A stretch of 64,000 nt of DNA from Alphaproteobacteria bacterium (GCA_964291215.2 OZ219791.1:1888001-1952000); one strand, 5' to 3'; positions 22,507 through 35,465 are shown, counted from the stretch's first letter. Numbers and translations are program-made. Notes: generated by a model not told the origin, from the letters alone.

Positions 22507-24106
22507 CGTGCCCGCGCGGAAATGACCGTTTTGGCTGAGATTCCGGCGAAATTTCTGGTTTGATCGCCCTTCCGGGTCCTGCCCCGTTTTCGGGGGGATT
22601 CCTGCTGATTCGCAGTGGTATGAGGGCTCTTCCAACCGAGAAGCCGGACAAGCGGCTCCGTTCCCGCTCTCGGCGGGTGGGTGGGGTGGAGGGACGCCGC
22701 CGTCAGGCGGCGCGTTTTCGTCGTCGTCGGGCCTGTCTGTGCAACAGCAGGCGGTGGACATTGAAGGCCACCATGGACAGCGCCACCATCCGCGCAAAGC
22801 CGTCCACTCCATAGGACAGGACCCGGTCCATGCCGCGTTGCTCAAGATTGTTGATCGCCGACTCCACGTGCTGTCGGCGCATCTCCCGGAACGTCGTCTC
22901 AGCTTCCCGGTCCGCCCGACCAAGCTTTCCCTTCTTCGGCAGCGCGTCCAGCAGTTCGTCCAGTGCAATCCGATGGCTGTGGAACCCGTGATCGAAACTG
23001 CACAGGTCGGGGAAGCGAGCCTGTGCTTCCCATGGGTATGCCATGTCGCTGCCTTCCCACAGGATCCGGTGGTGCAGGAGGAAGCCGTGCTGGTCCTCCA
23101 GCACGGCCACCGGCACGCCGAGTTCCACCGGCACTTGCCTTTCACGCACCAGCGCTCCTCGAAGATCGAAAACACCTTCTCTTCCTGCGGGATCTTCTCG
23201 CCTTAGGCGGCGATCCACTTGGTCGATCTGCCGGCGGGCATGGTTGAGATACGACTGGATCTTGTGAATCCTGGAGGCCCCGACGCCCTTCTCCACAAGT
23301 GCCGAAACCGTCTCCTGCGCTCCAACTCCCGGCTGTCGTCGAGGTACCATCCTCCGAAGAGGCCCGCCGGAAACCTTCTGAAAGCGCTTCCCGCGACTCC
23401 GATGCTGCCACTGCCGCCACCCCCGCGAACACGGCCGCGCACCAGACAACGCATCGCATCCCACAGCAGGTTGACGTCCGTCGGGTAGTGCACCTCCACC
23501 ACGAACGAATCGCAGCGGCCCCGCAAAGGATCCGTCCGACTTGCTCTTGCGGACCATCGCATGGCCGCTCTCCGCCACCAGCTGCGATACCTTCTCCAGC
23601 ACTTCCGGCGTCAGATGGCTCACGTTCTCCAGCACCGTCCGATAGCTGTACCTCGTGTTGTCCCGGATATCGCCGTGGTCCAGGAACTTGCGAACCGTCT
23701 CGTTCACCAGCTCGTGCAGATGATCAAGGTCATACCCCAGGCCCTGCTTCAGGACACCAGGATCTTCCACAGCGCCGGGACGCTCTTTCCTGTGGGACAC
23801 TCTCGGAAGGATCCCCTCCTCCAGGATCTTGAACAGTCGGGTCGACGGGTCGGCATACACGTGCTGAATCCCGCGCATGTCATCCCGCGAGTCTTTGCTG
23901 AGATCGATCTTCTCGATCGCAACCTGGCCCAATTCCAGCTGCGGGCTGATGACATTTCGCCTGGCAATTCTCACGAAGTTTTCCGAAAATCCGGCGGATT
24001 TCCGGTTTGATCGGCCAATTCCCGCCCCAAAGCGAGATTCTTCGTCCCTTTTATATCAGGATTTCACCAAAAAAATCAATCGATTTTATATTTTTTCGCA
24101 GGCACT
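22507..24106 (-). mobile_element. Degenerate ISNCY/IS5-like (ISDol1-like) element
   Basis: QLELGQVAIEKIDLSKDSRDD, CDSFVVE.VHYPTDVNLLWDA, SFDHGFHS, VESAINNLEQRG; IRs gtgcccgcg / cgcaggcac; AATT duplicated; removal restores FLNYNS of the host IS4. Confidence 0.85.
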
Positions 24107-24836
24107 AATTCAGGAACGTCGTGTCCTGGATGGCAAGGATCCGGCGCTGCGGACGGCAGCGCTCCACCATCGCTTCCTGATGCCCCTCGAGGATATGGTC
24201 CATCGTCACCTCGGGGTTCGACAACAGACGGCAGGCCGCCTTCTGTTCCGCCTCGCCGGGGAAGATCATCGACAGGATCTCTCCGGGACGCTCATTCCAC
24301 GCCCATGGTGACAAGGCGGTCGCGGATGCGCACGTCACCGTGCTTGCTGCGGCTGTACTCCCTCATCGCCCGGTTGTCATCATCGACAAGGGGTGCGGCC
24401 TGGCCCATGACACGCTCCCGCCACGACATGTCTTGCCAAGCCAGGGGCTTCATCCACACCGCACGCCCTGGCCGGTGGCCCCGGGAGGTCGACCCGAGGT
24501 CATCTTCTCACAACGCTCCCGGCCTGCCGCCCTGCAGCTCGTGCCGGTGTGTTCGGGACCCGCATGGGCGCAGGCCGGAACCGGCGTCACTTCTCAGTCC
24601 GCAGCAAGCCGCCGGCAGGCCAGGACGTGGGAGGCCAGCTCCGGAACATTCACCGACGGAAGTATCAGCAAGCGAGCGTTGTTGACGACCTTGCCGAGGT
24701 GGACGTCACGCGCTCCCTGGGACCAGAAGTCGTCGCGCGCCTTCTGATGCCAATTGGCCGCACGGAACACCAAGCCGCCGAGGCGGCCGTAGCGCGACGA
24801 GGTGATCCGATAGCTCATCCGGGCGCCTCGCCCTTA

Positions 24837-26461
24837 CATGATCAGGTTTTGTCCCCGTGATGATGCAATCACCCACAGCGGTCGGGGGCGGGAAAATGTG
24901 GACAGCCCCGACTGTGGGAGGGCGCCCGGTCCATGGTTGCAGAGAGATTCCGTTCCCCTGTGCGAACACGCACAGGGGAACGGGGATCAAACGATCTCCG
25001 CGAAGGTTGCCGTTTCTGCCTTGGCCTTGCAGAGCCGTTCCCGAGCGTGGTCGACCAACCTCCCCTAGCGTCCCTTGCGTCCTGAATGGATGCCCGAGTT
25101 TGAGCCGTATCATCATGAGGCGAGGAGCAAGGGACGATGGTCAAGGTAGTGGCAGGGGTCAGCAAGGCCAGTCTGGACATCCGTGCGGCGGGTGCGTCGT
25201 TTTGCGAACGACGCCACGAGCTGGCGGGCACGTGGCTTCGCAGCCTCGAGGTGACCCGTGTGGTGATGGAGGCGACAGGCCGCTATCACCGCAGGGTTTA
25301 CCAGTGTCTTCATGACCGGGGCTTCGAGGTTGTCCTGCCCGCTGCGGGCCCGGCGTTTCGCCGAAGCGTTGGGCCATCTGGCCAACCGCGTTGACGCTGG
25401 CCAGGATCGGCACGGTGCGATCTCGAGCCTGTGGCCCCTCAGGAAGCCTTTCTCAACTGCCTGGGGGATCTCCTGGCATCGCGCGCCGCGCTTGTCGATG
25501 CCAGGCAGGTGGCAGATGAGGTGGATGACAAGACCGTCACAAGGGCCTCGGCGGCCGATTTCGATGATTGCCGGTGCGGCAATCAAAGCGGTGATCGCCG
25601 GTGATCCCGAGCAGAGGTACGGCATCCTGACCTCGATCCGGTGACCGCCGCCGCCCTTCTGGATGCCCGAACTCGGCAGCGTCGGCAGCCTTGATCGGGG
25701 TGGCGCCGATGGCCGACGACAGCGACCATGGTGCCCGGCACATCCGAGGCGGGCGCAGAAGGCCACGCGATCTCCTGTTCATGGCCGCAACCTCGGCGGC
25801 ACGCTTCAACGCGGACCTGGTGTTCGAACGCCTCGAGACCGCCGGCAAGCAAGGTCGCGATTGTCGCCGCGATGCGCAACGTGCTGGCGAACACCTTGCT
25901 GCGACAGCAGCGTTGCTGGTCGCCCGAAGCACCGGCACGGGTGACCTGCGAGCGAACGAAGGAGACACGGCTCTCGCCCCTGCCGAGAAGCAGCGCCGTT
26001 ATCGGGAACGCCGCAAATCCCCGTCGTCCACCACCGAAATCCCCGTCGTTCCCGTGCGCAACGCTGGCGCGATGCGGTGGCTCGGTGCGTTGCAGGAGCA
26101 CTGTCGGGACAGTTTCGACAGTCTCCCCGACTCCCCGCGCGACACGGCTTGCGGAGAACGTTTGCAGATCATCGTCGAGGCCGACATCGAGATCCTCGAA
26201 GAGATCGAACCGCCACGCGGCTAGGGACGGGACACCCGGAACTCCATTGAACGTGGTAACGTTACCATGCTCGGGGACGTTGGACGGCAAGGTGGCCGCG
26301 CTCACGTGACCAATGGACGGCAACCCGCCGCCGGGACCACAAGCTGCATGTCGCCTCGCTCGCAGGGCAAGGACAAGGCGGAACCCCGGACCGCCTGTGG
26401 ACAACCACGAAAAACATCACCGCGGACACCCGCAAAAACCTTGCCTGGAAACATGGATGCT
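24837..26461 (+). mobile_element. Degenerate IS110-family element, copy 2, with ~300 bp 5' non-coding region and a downstream small ORF remnant
   Basis: VVMEATGRYH, ARRFAEALG, GVAP..DDS..GARHIRGGR, KVAIVAAMR; no TSD; removal restores W-H-P-E-G of the host gene. Confidence 0.85.
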
Positions 26462-26872
26462 CGGGATGCCAGGTCGCCATCATCGCCAGGCGCTTGTCCT
26501 CGCCGTCGCCGACCGGCTCCACGGTGGCCTCGCCAAGCTCCTCCAGAGAACATGCGAGTGGCTTGTCGGGATAGTCCCGTTCAAGGGTGCCGGTGTTGAG
26601 GCCATGAGGCCCTGGTGCAGGAAGGACGATGCCGAGCGCCGAGGCAAGATCAGGTAGGGCCGCACGCGGCAAGGCACAGCTCGCCCTTCGCGTTGCGCCA
26701 GTCCTCGCGCTTGCACAATCCCTGCGCCAAGGACGAGCGCGTGCCGCTCTCGGCAACCGACGCCGCCTTCAGCCAATCAACCGTCGTCGCGGACAGATTT
26801 CAAAAGCCAATTCTCATGGGCCACTATATTAAGGCCTCATGAACGAAGAGTTCATCATGGTTCGTTGAAAGG

Positions 26873-27056
26873 CAGGGCTCTTCTTTTGTCCGGTTTCGTC
26901 CGACGAGGGGGCGTTGTAGGCAGATCTGGAGGTCCATTCGGGAGCGGATTTCGTTGTCGATATGCCGGTTCCGACCTTGAGACGATGCCACCAACTTCAA
27001 GAACGGCCACTCTGACACGGTTGTCCGCCGCCGATCGCGACAACAGAATGGTCCTG
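26873..27056 (+). mobile_element. 184-bp MITE (ISAs1-type ends), copy 1
   Basis: TIRs cagggctcttcttttgtc / gacaacagaatggtcctg; perfect 10-bp TSD cgttgaaagg. Confidence 0.95.
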
Positions 27057-27132
27057 CGTTGAAAGGTTGCGCGTGGCGCCGAAGCCGCTTACATACTGCA
27101 CTTCGCAACACTTGCCATTACGAGGCTGCACC

Positions 27133-28812
27133 GTGAACTCGCCGCAATATGTCTATGTCATGAAGGGCCTTACCAAGACCTTCCCCGGCGGTCGGAAGAT
27201 CGTCGAGAACGTCTGGCTCAGCTTCCTGCCGGGTGCAAAAATCGGAGTCTTGGGCCTCAACGGCGCCGGCAAATCGACCCTTCTGCGGATCATGGCCGGA
27301 GTGGACACCGAGTTCGATGGCGAAGCTTGGGCGGCGGAAGACCTGCGGGTCGGATACCTGCCGCAGGAACCGGCGCTCGACCCGGAAAAGGATGTGTTCG
27401 GGAACGTCATGGAGGGTGTTGCCGAAAAGCAGGCGCTTCTCGATCGCTTCAACTCCGTGGCCGCGCGGTTTGCGGAGGGGCTCTCTGCCGAGGAGATGGA
27501 ACGGCTGATAGACGAGCAGGCGGAACTGCAGGCCGAGATCGATGCTGCCGGAGCATGGGAAATCGATCGTGAGGTAGAGATCGCGATGAACGCCTTGCGG
27601 TGTCCCCCGGGAGATGCTGATGTCGGCACGCTCTCGGGCGGGGAGCGCCGGCGCGTGGCCCTGTGCCGCCTGCTGCTGTCGCGGCCGGACATGCTTCTGC
27701 TAGACGAGCCCACCAATCATCTGGACGCCGAGTCTGTTGCCTGGCTGGAGCGCTATCTGGACGGTTATCCCGGGACCGTCGTCGCCGTCACCCATGACCG
27801 GTATTTTCTGGACAATGTCGCCGGCTGGATTCTCGAGCTCGATCGCGGCAAGGGCCTTCCCTTCGAGGGAAATTACAGCGCTTGGCTGGAGAACCGGGAA
27901 AAGCGCCTAGTGCAGGAGGAGCGCGAGGAGAGCGCGCGCCAGCGCGCGATCCGCCAAGAACTCGAATGGGTGCGCCAGAGCCCTCGTGCGAGGCAGGCGA
28001 AGAGCAGGGCGCGGCTTTCGGCTTTCGAGAAACTGGTTGCGGAAAGCCGCGACCGTGCGCCCGACCGTCAGCAGATCATGATCCCTCCAGGCCCTAGGCT
28101 CGGCGACCTGGTGATCGAAGCCGAGGGCATATCGAAGACCCTCGGGGGGAAGCTGTTGATCGAGAATCTCAACTTCAAGATGCCACCGGGAGCGATCGTC
28201 GGGGTGATCGGGCCGAACGGCGCCGGAAAGACGACATTGTGCCGCATGATCACGTCGCAGGTACAGCCCGACTTCGGCGTCCTGCGAACGGGCGACACGG
28301 TGGGGCTCGGCCATGTCGACCAGAGCCGCGACATGCTCGATGACGGCAACACGGTCTGGGAAGAGATCTCGGGTGGGCTCGACGTGATCGATCTCGGTGG
28401 GCGAACCCTGCAGAGCCGCGCCTATGCGGCGGGATTCAATTTTCGCGGCGCCGATCAGCAGAAGAAGGTCGGCCAGCTCTCGGGCGGCGAGCGGAATCGG
28501 GTCCATCTCGCGAAGGTTCTCAAGTCGGGCGCCAACGTGCTGCTGCTCGACGAGCCGACGAACGACCTCGATGTCGACACGCTGCGCGCGCTCGAGGAGG
28601 CGCTGCTCGAGTTTCCGGGCTGCGTTGTCGTGGTCAGCCACGACCGCTGGTTTCTCGACCGGATCGCAACCCACATCCTGGCGTTCGAGGGCGACAGTCA
28701 GGCGGTGTGGTTCGAAGGCAACTACGCTGCCTATGCCGAGGATTTCACGCGCCGCAAGGGATCGTCTGCTGAACAGCCGCAGAGTATCAGGTACAAGCTG
28801 CTCGGTCGCTGA
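27133..28812 (+). CDS. ettA: Energy-dependent translational throttle ABC-F ATPase
   Basis: Two Walker A motifs ([16 protein letters not shown]); [20 protein letters not shown]; N-terminal [10 protein letters not shown]. Confidence 0.95.
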   Translation: MNSPQYVYVMKGLTKTFPGGRKIVENVWLSFLPGAKIGVLGLNGAGKSTLLRIMAGVDTEFDGEAWAAEDLRVGYLPQEPALDPEKDVFGNVMEGVAEKQALLDRFNSVAARFAEGLSAEEMERLIDEQAELQAEIDAAGAWEIDREVEIAMNALRCPPGDADVGTLSGGERRRVALCRLLLSRPDMLLLDEPTNHLDAESVAWLERYLDGYPGTVVAVTHDRYFLDNVAGWILELDRGKGLPFEGNYSAWLENREKRLVQEEREESARQRAIRQELEWVRQSPRARQAKSRARLSAFEKLVAESRDRAPDRQQIMIPPGPRLGDLVIEAEGISKTLGGKLLIENLNFKMPPGAIVGVIGPNGAGKTTLCRMITSQVQPDFGVLRTGDTVGLGHVDQSRDMLDDGNTVWEEISGGLDVIDLGGRTLQSRAYAAGFNFRGADQQKKVGQLSGGERNRVHLAKVLKSGANVLLLDEPTNDLDVDTLRALEEALLEFPGCVVVVSHDRWFLDRIATHILAFEGDSQAVWFEGNYAAYAEDFTRRKGSSAEQPQSIRYKLLGR

Positions 28813-28879
28813 CGGGCCGGCACCGGAATCCGTTGCGAAATACGAGATGGGTTTCGGGCGCCCTTCCCAATCGTCGTTC

Positions 28880-29283
28880 AGAGCAGGCATTGAACTTGGC
28901 CACTCGTCCCTCGCCACAGTTTTCCAGTTGCTGTCTTCCAACTCGCAGTCCCTGAGCGCGCGTCGACGGGAGCTCGAAGCAAGCCTCCCTCAGCCACGCC
29001 TCTCCGAGTTGGATCACTTCGCCAGTAACCGGCATGGTGATCCACCGATGGGCGCGGTTGATCATGTGAGCTAGGGCATCACGCACCAACCATTCAAACC
29101 GGAACTCATCACAGCCGCCGCAGATCAAGCGCGGCAACACTTCCACGACGAGCCCTTCGATCTGGATTGACTTGATGGGCACGTTACGGTGGCGTTACCA
29201 TTGCTTGAACTTCCGGATGAGTTTCCGCACGTTGCCGTTTAGTGTTGTGTCGGTGCCATCCAGCGCAGCAATATTGGCTTCTG
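28880..29283 (-). pseudogene. C-terminal remnant of a SMODS/CD-NTase-like nucleotidyltransferase
   Basis: NGNVRKLIRKFKQW*RHRNVPIKSIQIE...EWLVRD...GEVIQLGEAWL...RALRDCE..A.DEW; internal stop, one frameshift, 5' truncated. Confidence 0.6.
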
Positions 29284-30205
29284 GTAAGCGTTCGGTCACG
29301 AGGTGATTGCGGGCAATTTTCACCGGTTGAGGATGCGTTTCCAGTCCTCGCGCAGAGGCCTCAGCCAGATGTCCTTTTTTGGTTTGTCGAATTTCTTGTG
29401 CGTATCGTAGCGGCCTCGTCCTTTCGTGGTTCCGCGACACGGATCCATCCTGAGGCCTTGTAGACGGCGCCTGTGCAGCGCAGTGTCCGGACGAAGGTTT
29501 CGATGAGGAACGGGGTGATGTTGTAGCGTCTGGTCCCCTCATCGGGCAGTCGGCGTCGCATGATGGCGAGGATGCGGGACCCAGGGTTCGCGACGGAAAG
29601 CCAGGGCATGATGAGGAATCCCGGGTTATCGACCACCAGCGGCAGGTTCTTCTGACGCTGCTCGGGTGTCCATCCGATGAAGGTGTCGCGCGGGGCGATT
29701 TTCCAGGCGGCGGCGGAGAAGCCGAGCATGGCGACGGGCCATCCGTTGCGATCATGGATGGCGTAGCGCATCCGGGCTCCGACCAGGTTGTGTGGCCGAG
29801 GCAGTGGTAGCGGTTGACGAACTCGTTCCACAGCCTTCCTTGCCGTTTTCTGCCTGTGACGATGGAGCAAGCAAGGGGGCGGACCTCGTCGAGGGTTGTG
29901 GGAGGCGCGCCGTGTGGCGGTTCGCTGTCGGGTCCGAAGACGATGGGTCCGGGTCGCTCGTCGTTGGGGGGGCGGCAGGGTGATGAGGCCGTCGCGGTGC
30001 ATGGCCAGAAAGGTGACACTCGCCATCATGTTCTTGAGGCCCCCGTCGGGCCAGCCGGTCTCGCGGCAGAAGGCACGGGCGATGGCCGCACGGGTGGGGG
30101 TGATCAGGGAGCGCAACAGCGCCATCTCGTGCGCGGTGAAGTCACGGCCGTAGTAACGGCACTCGATCACCCCGGTTCCGTGAGGTCCCGTCGGGGGGGG
30201 GGGGG
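29284..30205 (-). mobile_element. Element remnant carrying a stand-alone DUF4338 (DruA-like) gene (ORF 29361-30170)
   Basis: RYYGRDFT, LGFSAAAWKIAPRDTFIGW, LIETFV...GAVYKASGW; GTAAGCG end at 29284 resembles IS66-type termini. Confidence 0.75.
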
Positions 30206-30278
30206 CGCTGATACTGTAACTTGATGTCTGGAAATTTGTCTGAGGTTTGCGCTTTGAGGCGTTTCACTGGGGGGCTAG

Positions 30279-32245
30279 CCCTGCCGTGTCATGACAAATC
30301 TGGTTGACAATGGTTTACGTGTTCACGCGTGTCTTTGTCCATCCCGGAACCCGATTTCCCGGCCGATTTGGTGACCCAGTGCGGCGCTGGTGTGTCTGGC
30401 CACATGATCTGGTGACCCGGGCGTGCTGCGGTAGCCGCCGAGATGGGCGACCAGGTGCACCGCATCGGCGAGACGCTCCGGTTCCTTCAGGGCGTACTTG
30501 TGTGCGTAGTCGCGCGAGTTCGCTGTCGGTGAACATCAGCTGCGGCTCGCACCTGGCGGCCGAGCAGGGTCATGATGCGCGATGACGGCGTTGATCGCCC
30601 GCTGCAGCCGGTGCGGAACAGCAGGTGTTCCACCCTGCATCCGGATTTGAGCACGTAATCCTCGATTCGCCAGCGCTGAAGGTAGAAGCCGACGATGTCG
30701 GCCGCCTCCTTCGCCAACCCGCACGGTGGTCAGCAGGCACCACGGGATCCTCACCTTCGGGCGCTCCCTGACCCCGTGCAGGGACACCGGCTTCGCGCTG
30801 GAGGCGGTGCCCGTCACGGGTGACGGACCGCAGCTTGCCAGGCGCTTCTGTCGCGCGGGCGTTCTTCCGGCTGGCTTGCTCCGTCAGTCCCTCGATCTCA
30901 ATCAGGCCTGCACCGCCGGCCATGACGGCGAACAGCCTTCCCTCCTTCAGCACCCTGTCATGCTTGGCGCGCAGATCGACGCGGGGCAAGCGCGTGTCGA
31001 ACAGCTCGAAGATGTCGGCTTCTCGACGGAGATGACGCGCGTCTTGCCGCCGGGGTGGCAGTGCCTTGAACCCCTCGAGCTGCGGCGTGTCTCCTGCGAC
31101 CGGGGCTTCACCGGACCCAGCACCCCGAGTGGCAGGCCGGTGTCAGTCACCGCCAGGGTCGCATGCAGGCTTGAGGCCCCGGTCTGGTTCTCACCTGCAG
31201 GCCGGGAGAAGTTCAGGTCCGTGCCGTCCGGCAAGAACCGTCTTCTGGCCACGGATGCGCCGGATGCTGCGCTCACGGTGCGGCGCAAGAATGTTCGCCG
31301 GCGTGATCTCCGATTCGACGGGCGACCATCCGGTAAAACGCATTGATCGCGGTGTTGTCGGCGCTGGGAGACGCATTGATCTTCTGACCGGCCGCCAGAA
31401 GGCCGGCGCTCCAGGCGCGCAGAAAGTCGCTTGTCACCCCCCTCCAAACTCGTTCTGCGCCCAGTCGTTCAGACCCTCTCCCGGCGAGGGCGCATGATCG
31501 ACCTCCCCAGCTTCCTGCGCGCTCCAGTTCGGCCACGAAGACCGTCTTCACCGTCTCCCGGTCCTGCCGGCCTTCGGTCCTGCACAGGAAGTTGGCCGCG
31601 CGCAGGCAGGGTAACCTTCATCGGCAAAACTGAGCCATGGTCGAAACGGTCCTCGAAGTCACGCGGCGCAGGATGCGTCCGAGCACATGGCTGGCTAGAT
31701 GCGGGCAGAGCACCGATGGCCTGATCAAGAAACGGCTCAGACAGACGATCAGCTGCAGGTGGCCCCGGCGCTGCCCGTCGTTCCATCCAGCGGTCCCGCG
31801 CTGCGCAGCCGCGGCAAACCCCGCCGCGCCACCCGTGCGCCGAGCCCACAAGATATTGGCAGCCGGCGAAGGTCGTCGCGGGTGTTCACGCGCAATCAGC
31901 GTGACCGCCCGGTCAATACGATCCCCGACCACGATGATCCCGAATGCGCGCGCCGGAACTTCTGCAGCGATACCAACAGGCGAGGCCGGCGGTCGATTGT
32001 CGGTGACTTCGGCGCCGGCAGGACGATCTCCGGGCGCCCAGCGCCCTCAGGCAGCCGGCAAGCTGCAGACGGCCGCGCGCGTCGACAAAGGCAAACTCCT
32101 CGCAGACGACCCAGAGCCGACCGGCTGTCGAACTGCTCACAGGACAGCAGCGACGCAATCCGCGCAACTGCTGCCTCGTCCCGCAATGTGCGGCTGATCT
32201 GTGACATGGGACACTTATGCCACGCTGAAACACCGTTGTCCAGCT
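30279..32245 (-). mobile_element. Degenerate DUF4338-IS4 (IS50-like) element, copy A, 5' end clipped by IS66
   Basis: IVCLSRFLIRP...HLASHVL, ITPANILAPHR, DGTDLNF, YLQRWRIEDY.VLKSGC; near-identical to 40009-42007. Confidence 0.85.
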
Positions 32246-33846
32246 GTATCTACTCACCCCTTGTTGGGTTCTGATTCATAGTGCTCGTTGATGATGTCTG
32301 CGGCTTTTCCGTCGAGGGCGATCTGGGTGGCGACGAGTGGGTTGTAGCCGAGTGCGGCCATGGAGGTGAGGTAGCTTGAGCCCCGGCACCATGCTTTTGC
32401 GTGGAGCATGGTGCGGAAGCAACCGGACACCTTGACCTTTGCCATCCTGATCTTCTGTTCTCCGGCATTGTTGGTGAAGCTGACGTTGGGGTCGTCTGTG
32501 AAGCGCAGGTTTTCGTGTTTCACGAGACGTTCGTGCAGGTTGTGCGCGTCGGACTTGCGTCCACGTTTTCCTTTCGTCGGGATGTCGGGCAGTTCCCTGG
32601 CGCCCTGATGGTGCGGTAGCGCTTGCGCACGGCCCGGCGTCGTTCAGGGTCTTGGATGCGCTCTTGTTGACCTTGTGGCAGACCTCGCGGAGCAGGCTCT
32701 TCATCAGTCGCGCTCAGCGGTAGCTTCGACGACAAAGGTCAGTTCGCGCAGCAGGTAGCTACCGCACAGCTGGTGGCTACACTGGCCCATGTACGAGGCC
32801 CAGGACGCCCTTGTAGCACGGGCCGATCTCTTGCCTCCCGGCCGCGTTTGCGGTGCGGGAACTTGCACGTCAGGGTTCCACGACATGGAGCCACTTGCTG
32901 TTGATCCGAAATCGTCGACATCGGGCGTTGCAGGAGGTGCGCCACGGCGGCCTCCTCCCATGACGCATCGTGAAAGCATAGCCGAGGCCTCGAAGAGCTT
33001 GATGCCGGAGATTGCCTGCACGAGCGCGACGGCGCAGGGACAGCATCTGGGCAACCAGCAGGTTGATGACGAGGGCCTGGATGCCGATGCCGTACTGCAC
33101 GGGATGTTTTCGGGGAACCGGCCCCGGGCCTTGCACTTCGGGCATTCCTCGGCGTTGACGCGGCGCTCGACGACCTCGAACACGATGTCGTGCGGCGCTC
33201 CCGATCGACGGGGCCGTCGATGTCGGCGCCGCAGGCGTCGCAGGCCGCGACCGTCTCCTCGACGATGATCTTGCGCAGGTTGTCGCCCATCTGCCGGTTC
33301 GGCTTCGGGCCGTTGCTCCCGGCACGCTCTCGTCCTTGTCCGTCTGTGACGGCGGCAGACCGGAGTTCCGGCTCGTGCGTGGTCTTCTCCAGAAGGACGA
33401 CGATGAGGATGACGAGCAGGATGACGAGGACGCGGATCACGGCATCTTCCGCCACCTTGCCGGCAGCGCCGCGGTCTTGGCCGCTTCGAACTCCTCGCGC
33501 GCCGCGTTGACCGTCGCCATCACCCGGCCTCGACGGTCATGATCGTTGCGAGCATCGCCTGGCGCTCGCTCGGCGGCATCTTCCGGTACTCCGCCGCCCG
33601 GCCTCGCGCTTCATCAGCGCGCCGCTTCCGAGATGCGTTTCCACATACAGATCATGCGGGGGCTGGAGCCCCGGAAGCAGCTGGCACAGCCCGCTCGTCG
33701 CCTTCGATCCAAAGTAGCCCACTGGCGGTCCCCGTCGTTCTCGATAACCACCACTAAACGAATCGGCCTGCAGTGTCAAATCTCCATGAAAACCCGTTCG
33801 TTACTCTACCCCGACATCAAGCCGGAACCAGGGGGTGAGCAGTTAC
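32246..33846 (-). mobile_element. Degenerate IS66-family element, copy 1
   Basis: Ends gtaactgctcacccc / ggggtgagtagatac; motifs HQLCGS.LLREL, FTNNAGEQKIRMAKVK.VSGCFR. Confidence 0.9.
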
Positions 33847-33854
33847 CATGGAGG

Positions 33855-35465
33855 GTATCTACTCACCCCTTGTTGGGTTCTGATTGGCCATAGTGCTCGT
33901 TGATGATGTCTGCGGCTTTTCCGTCGAGGGCCATCTGGGTGGCGACGAGTGGGTTGTAGCCGAGTGCGGCCATGGAGGTGAGGTAGCTTGAGCCCCGGCA
34001 CCATGCTTTTGCGTGGAGCATGGTGCGGAAGCATCCGGACACCTTGACCTTTGCCATCCTGATTTTCTGTTCTCCGGCATTGTTGGTGAAGCTGACGTTG
34101 GGGTCGTCTGTGAAGCGCAGGACTGACTTTTCGTGTTTCACGAGACGTTCGTGCAGGTTGTGCGCGTCGGACTTGCGTCCACGTTTTCCTTTCGGCGTCG
34201 GGATATCGGGCAGTTCCCTGGCACCCTGATGGTGCGGTAGCGCTTGCGCACGGCCCGGCGTCGTTCAGGGTCTTGGATGCGCTCTTGTTGACCTTGTGGC
34301 AGACCTCGCGGAGCAGGCTCTTCATCAGTCGCGCGGTAGCCTCGACGACAAAGGTCAGTTCGCGCAGCAGGTGGCTGCCGCACAGCTGGTGGCTACACTG
34401 GCCCATGTACGAGGCTCAGGACGCCCTTGTAGCACGGGCCGATCTCTTGCCTCCCGGCCGCGCTTGCGGTGCGGGAACTTGCACGTCAGGGTCCCACGAC
34501 ATGGAGCCACTTACTGTTGATCCGAAATCGTCGACATCGGGCGTTGCAGGAGGTGCGCCACGGCAGCCTCCTCCCATGACGCATCGTGAAAGCATAGCCG
34601 AGGCCTCGGAGAGCTTGATGCCGGAGATCGCCTGCACGAACGCGACGGCACGGCGCAGGGACAGCATCTGGCGACCAGCAGGTTGATGACGAGGGCCTGG
34701 ATGCCGATGCCGTACTGCACGGGATGTTGTCGGGGAACCGGCCCCGGGCCTTGCACTTCGGGCATTCCTTGATCTCGGCGCGGCGCTCGACGACCTCGAA
34801 CACGATGTCGTGCGGCGCTCCCGATCGACGGGGCCGTCGATGTCGGTGCCGCAGGCGTCGCAGGCCGCGACCGTTTCCTCGACGATGGTCTTGCGCAGGT
34901 TGTCGCCCATCTGCCGGTTCGGCTTCGGGCCGTTGCTCCCGGCACGCTCTTGTCCGTCTGTGACGGCGGCAGACCGGAGTTCCGGCTCGTTTTGCGCGTG
35001 GTCTTCTCCAGAAGGACGACGATGAGGATGTCGAGCAGGATGACGAGGACGCGGATGACGGCCTCTTCCGCCACCTTGCCGGCAGCGCCGCGGTCTTGGC
35101 CGCTTCGAACTCCTCGCGCGCCGCGTTGACCGTCGCCATCACCCGGCCTCGACGGTCATGATCGTTGCGAGCATCGCCTAGCGCTCGCTCGGCGGCCTCT
35201 TCCGGTACTCCGCCGCCCGGCCTTGCGCTTCATCAGCGCGCCGCCTCCCGGATGCGTTTCCACATACAGATCATGCGGAGGCTGGAGCCCCGGAAGCAGC
35301 TGGCACAGCCCGCTCGTCGCCTTCGATCCAAAGTAGCCCACTGGCGGTCCTCGTCGTTCTCGATTACCACCACTAAATGAATCGGCCTGCAATGTCAAAT
35401 TTCCACGTAAACCCGTTCGTTACTCTACCCCGACATCAAGCCGGAACCAAGGGGTGAGCAGTTAC
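33855..35465 (-). mobile_element. Degenerate IS66-family element, copy 2 (tandem with copy 1)
   Basis: Same ends; flanked by 8-bp catggagg on both sides; KTSRNSGLPPSQ motif. Confidence 0.9.

Larger units (their letters stand above)
21480..26820 (-). mobile_element. Degenerate IS4 (IS50/Tn5-like) element with N-terminal DUF4338, split by ISNCY and IS110 insertions
   Basis: Pieces LEELGEATVEPV..WHP (26462-26760), VVNNARLLILPSVNVPELASHVL (24594-24818), RILAIQDTTFLN|YNSL across the ISNCY, LDWMLLTT..RWLIEEYFKALK.G, PLPGTEKLW; ends approximate. Confidence 0.8.

Noticed and set aside
21175-26820. tRNA-anchored genomic island or prophage
   Set aside because: The IS nest is on the tRNA 5' side; no integrase, att duplication or phage genes seen.
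26855-27062. Small ORFs or a stand-alone sRNA in the 184-bp repeat
   Set aside because: ORF ends differ between copies and extend into flanks; TIRs plus TSDs explain it as a MITE, although transcription is not excluded.
29361-30170. Druantia defence system
   Set aside because: Only a DruA-like domain is present, with no DruE helicase or other dru genes, and the context is IS elements.
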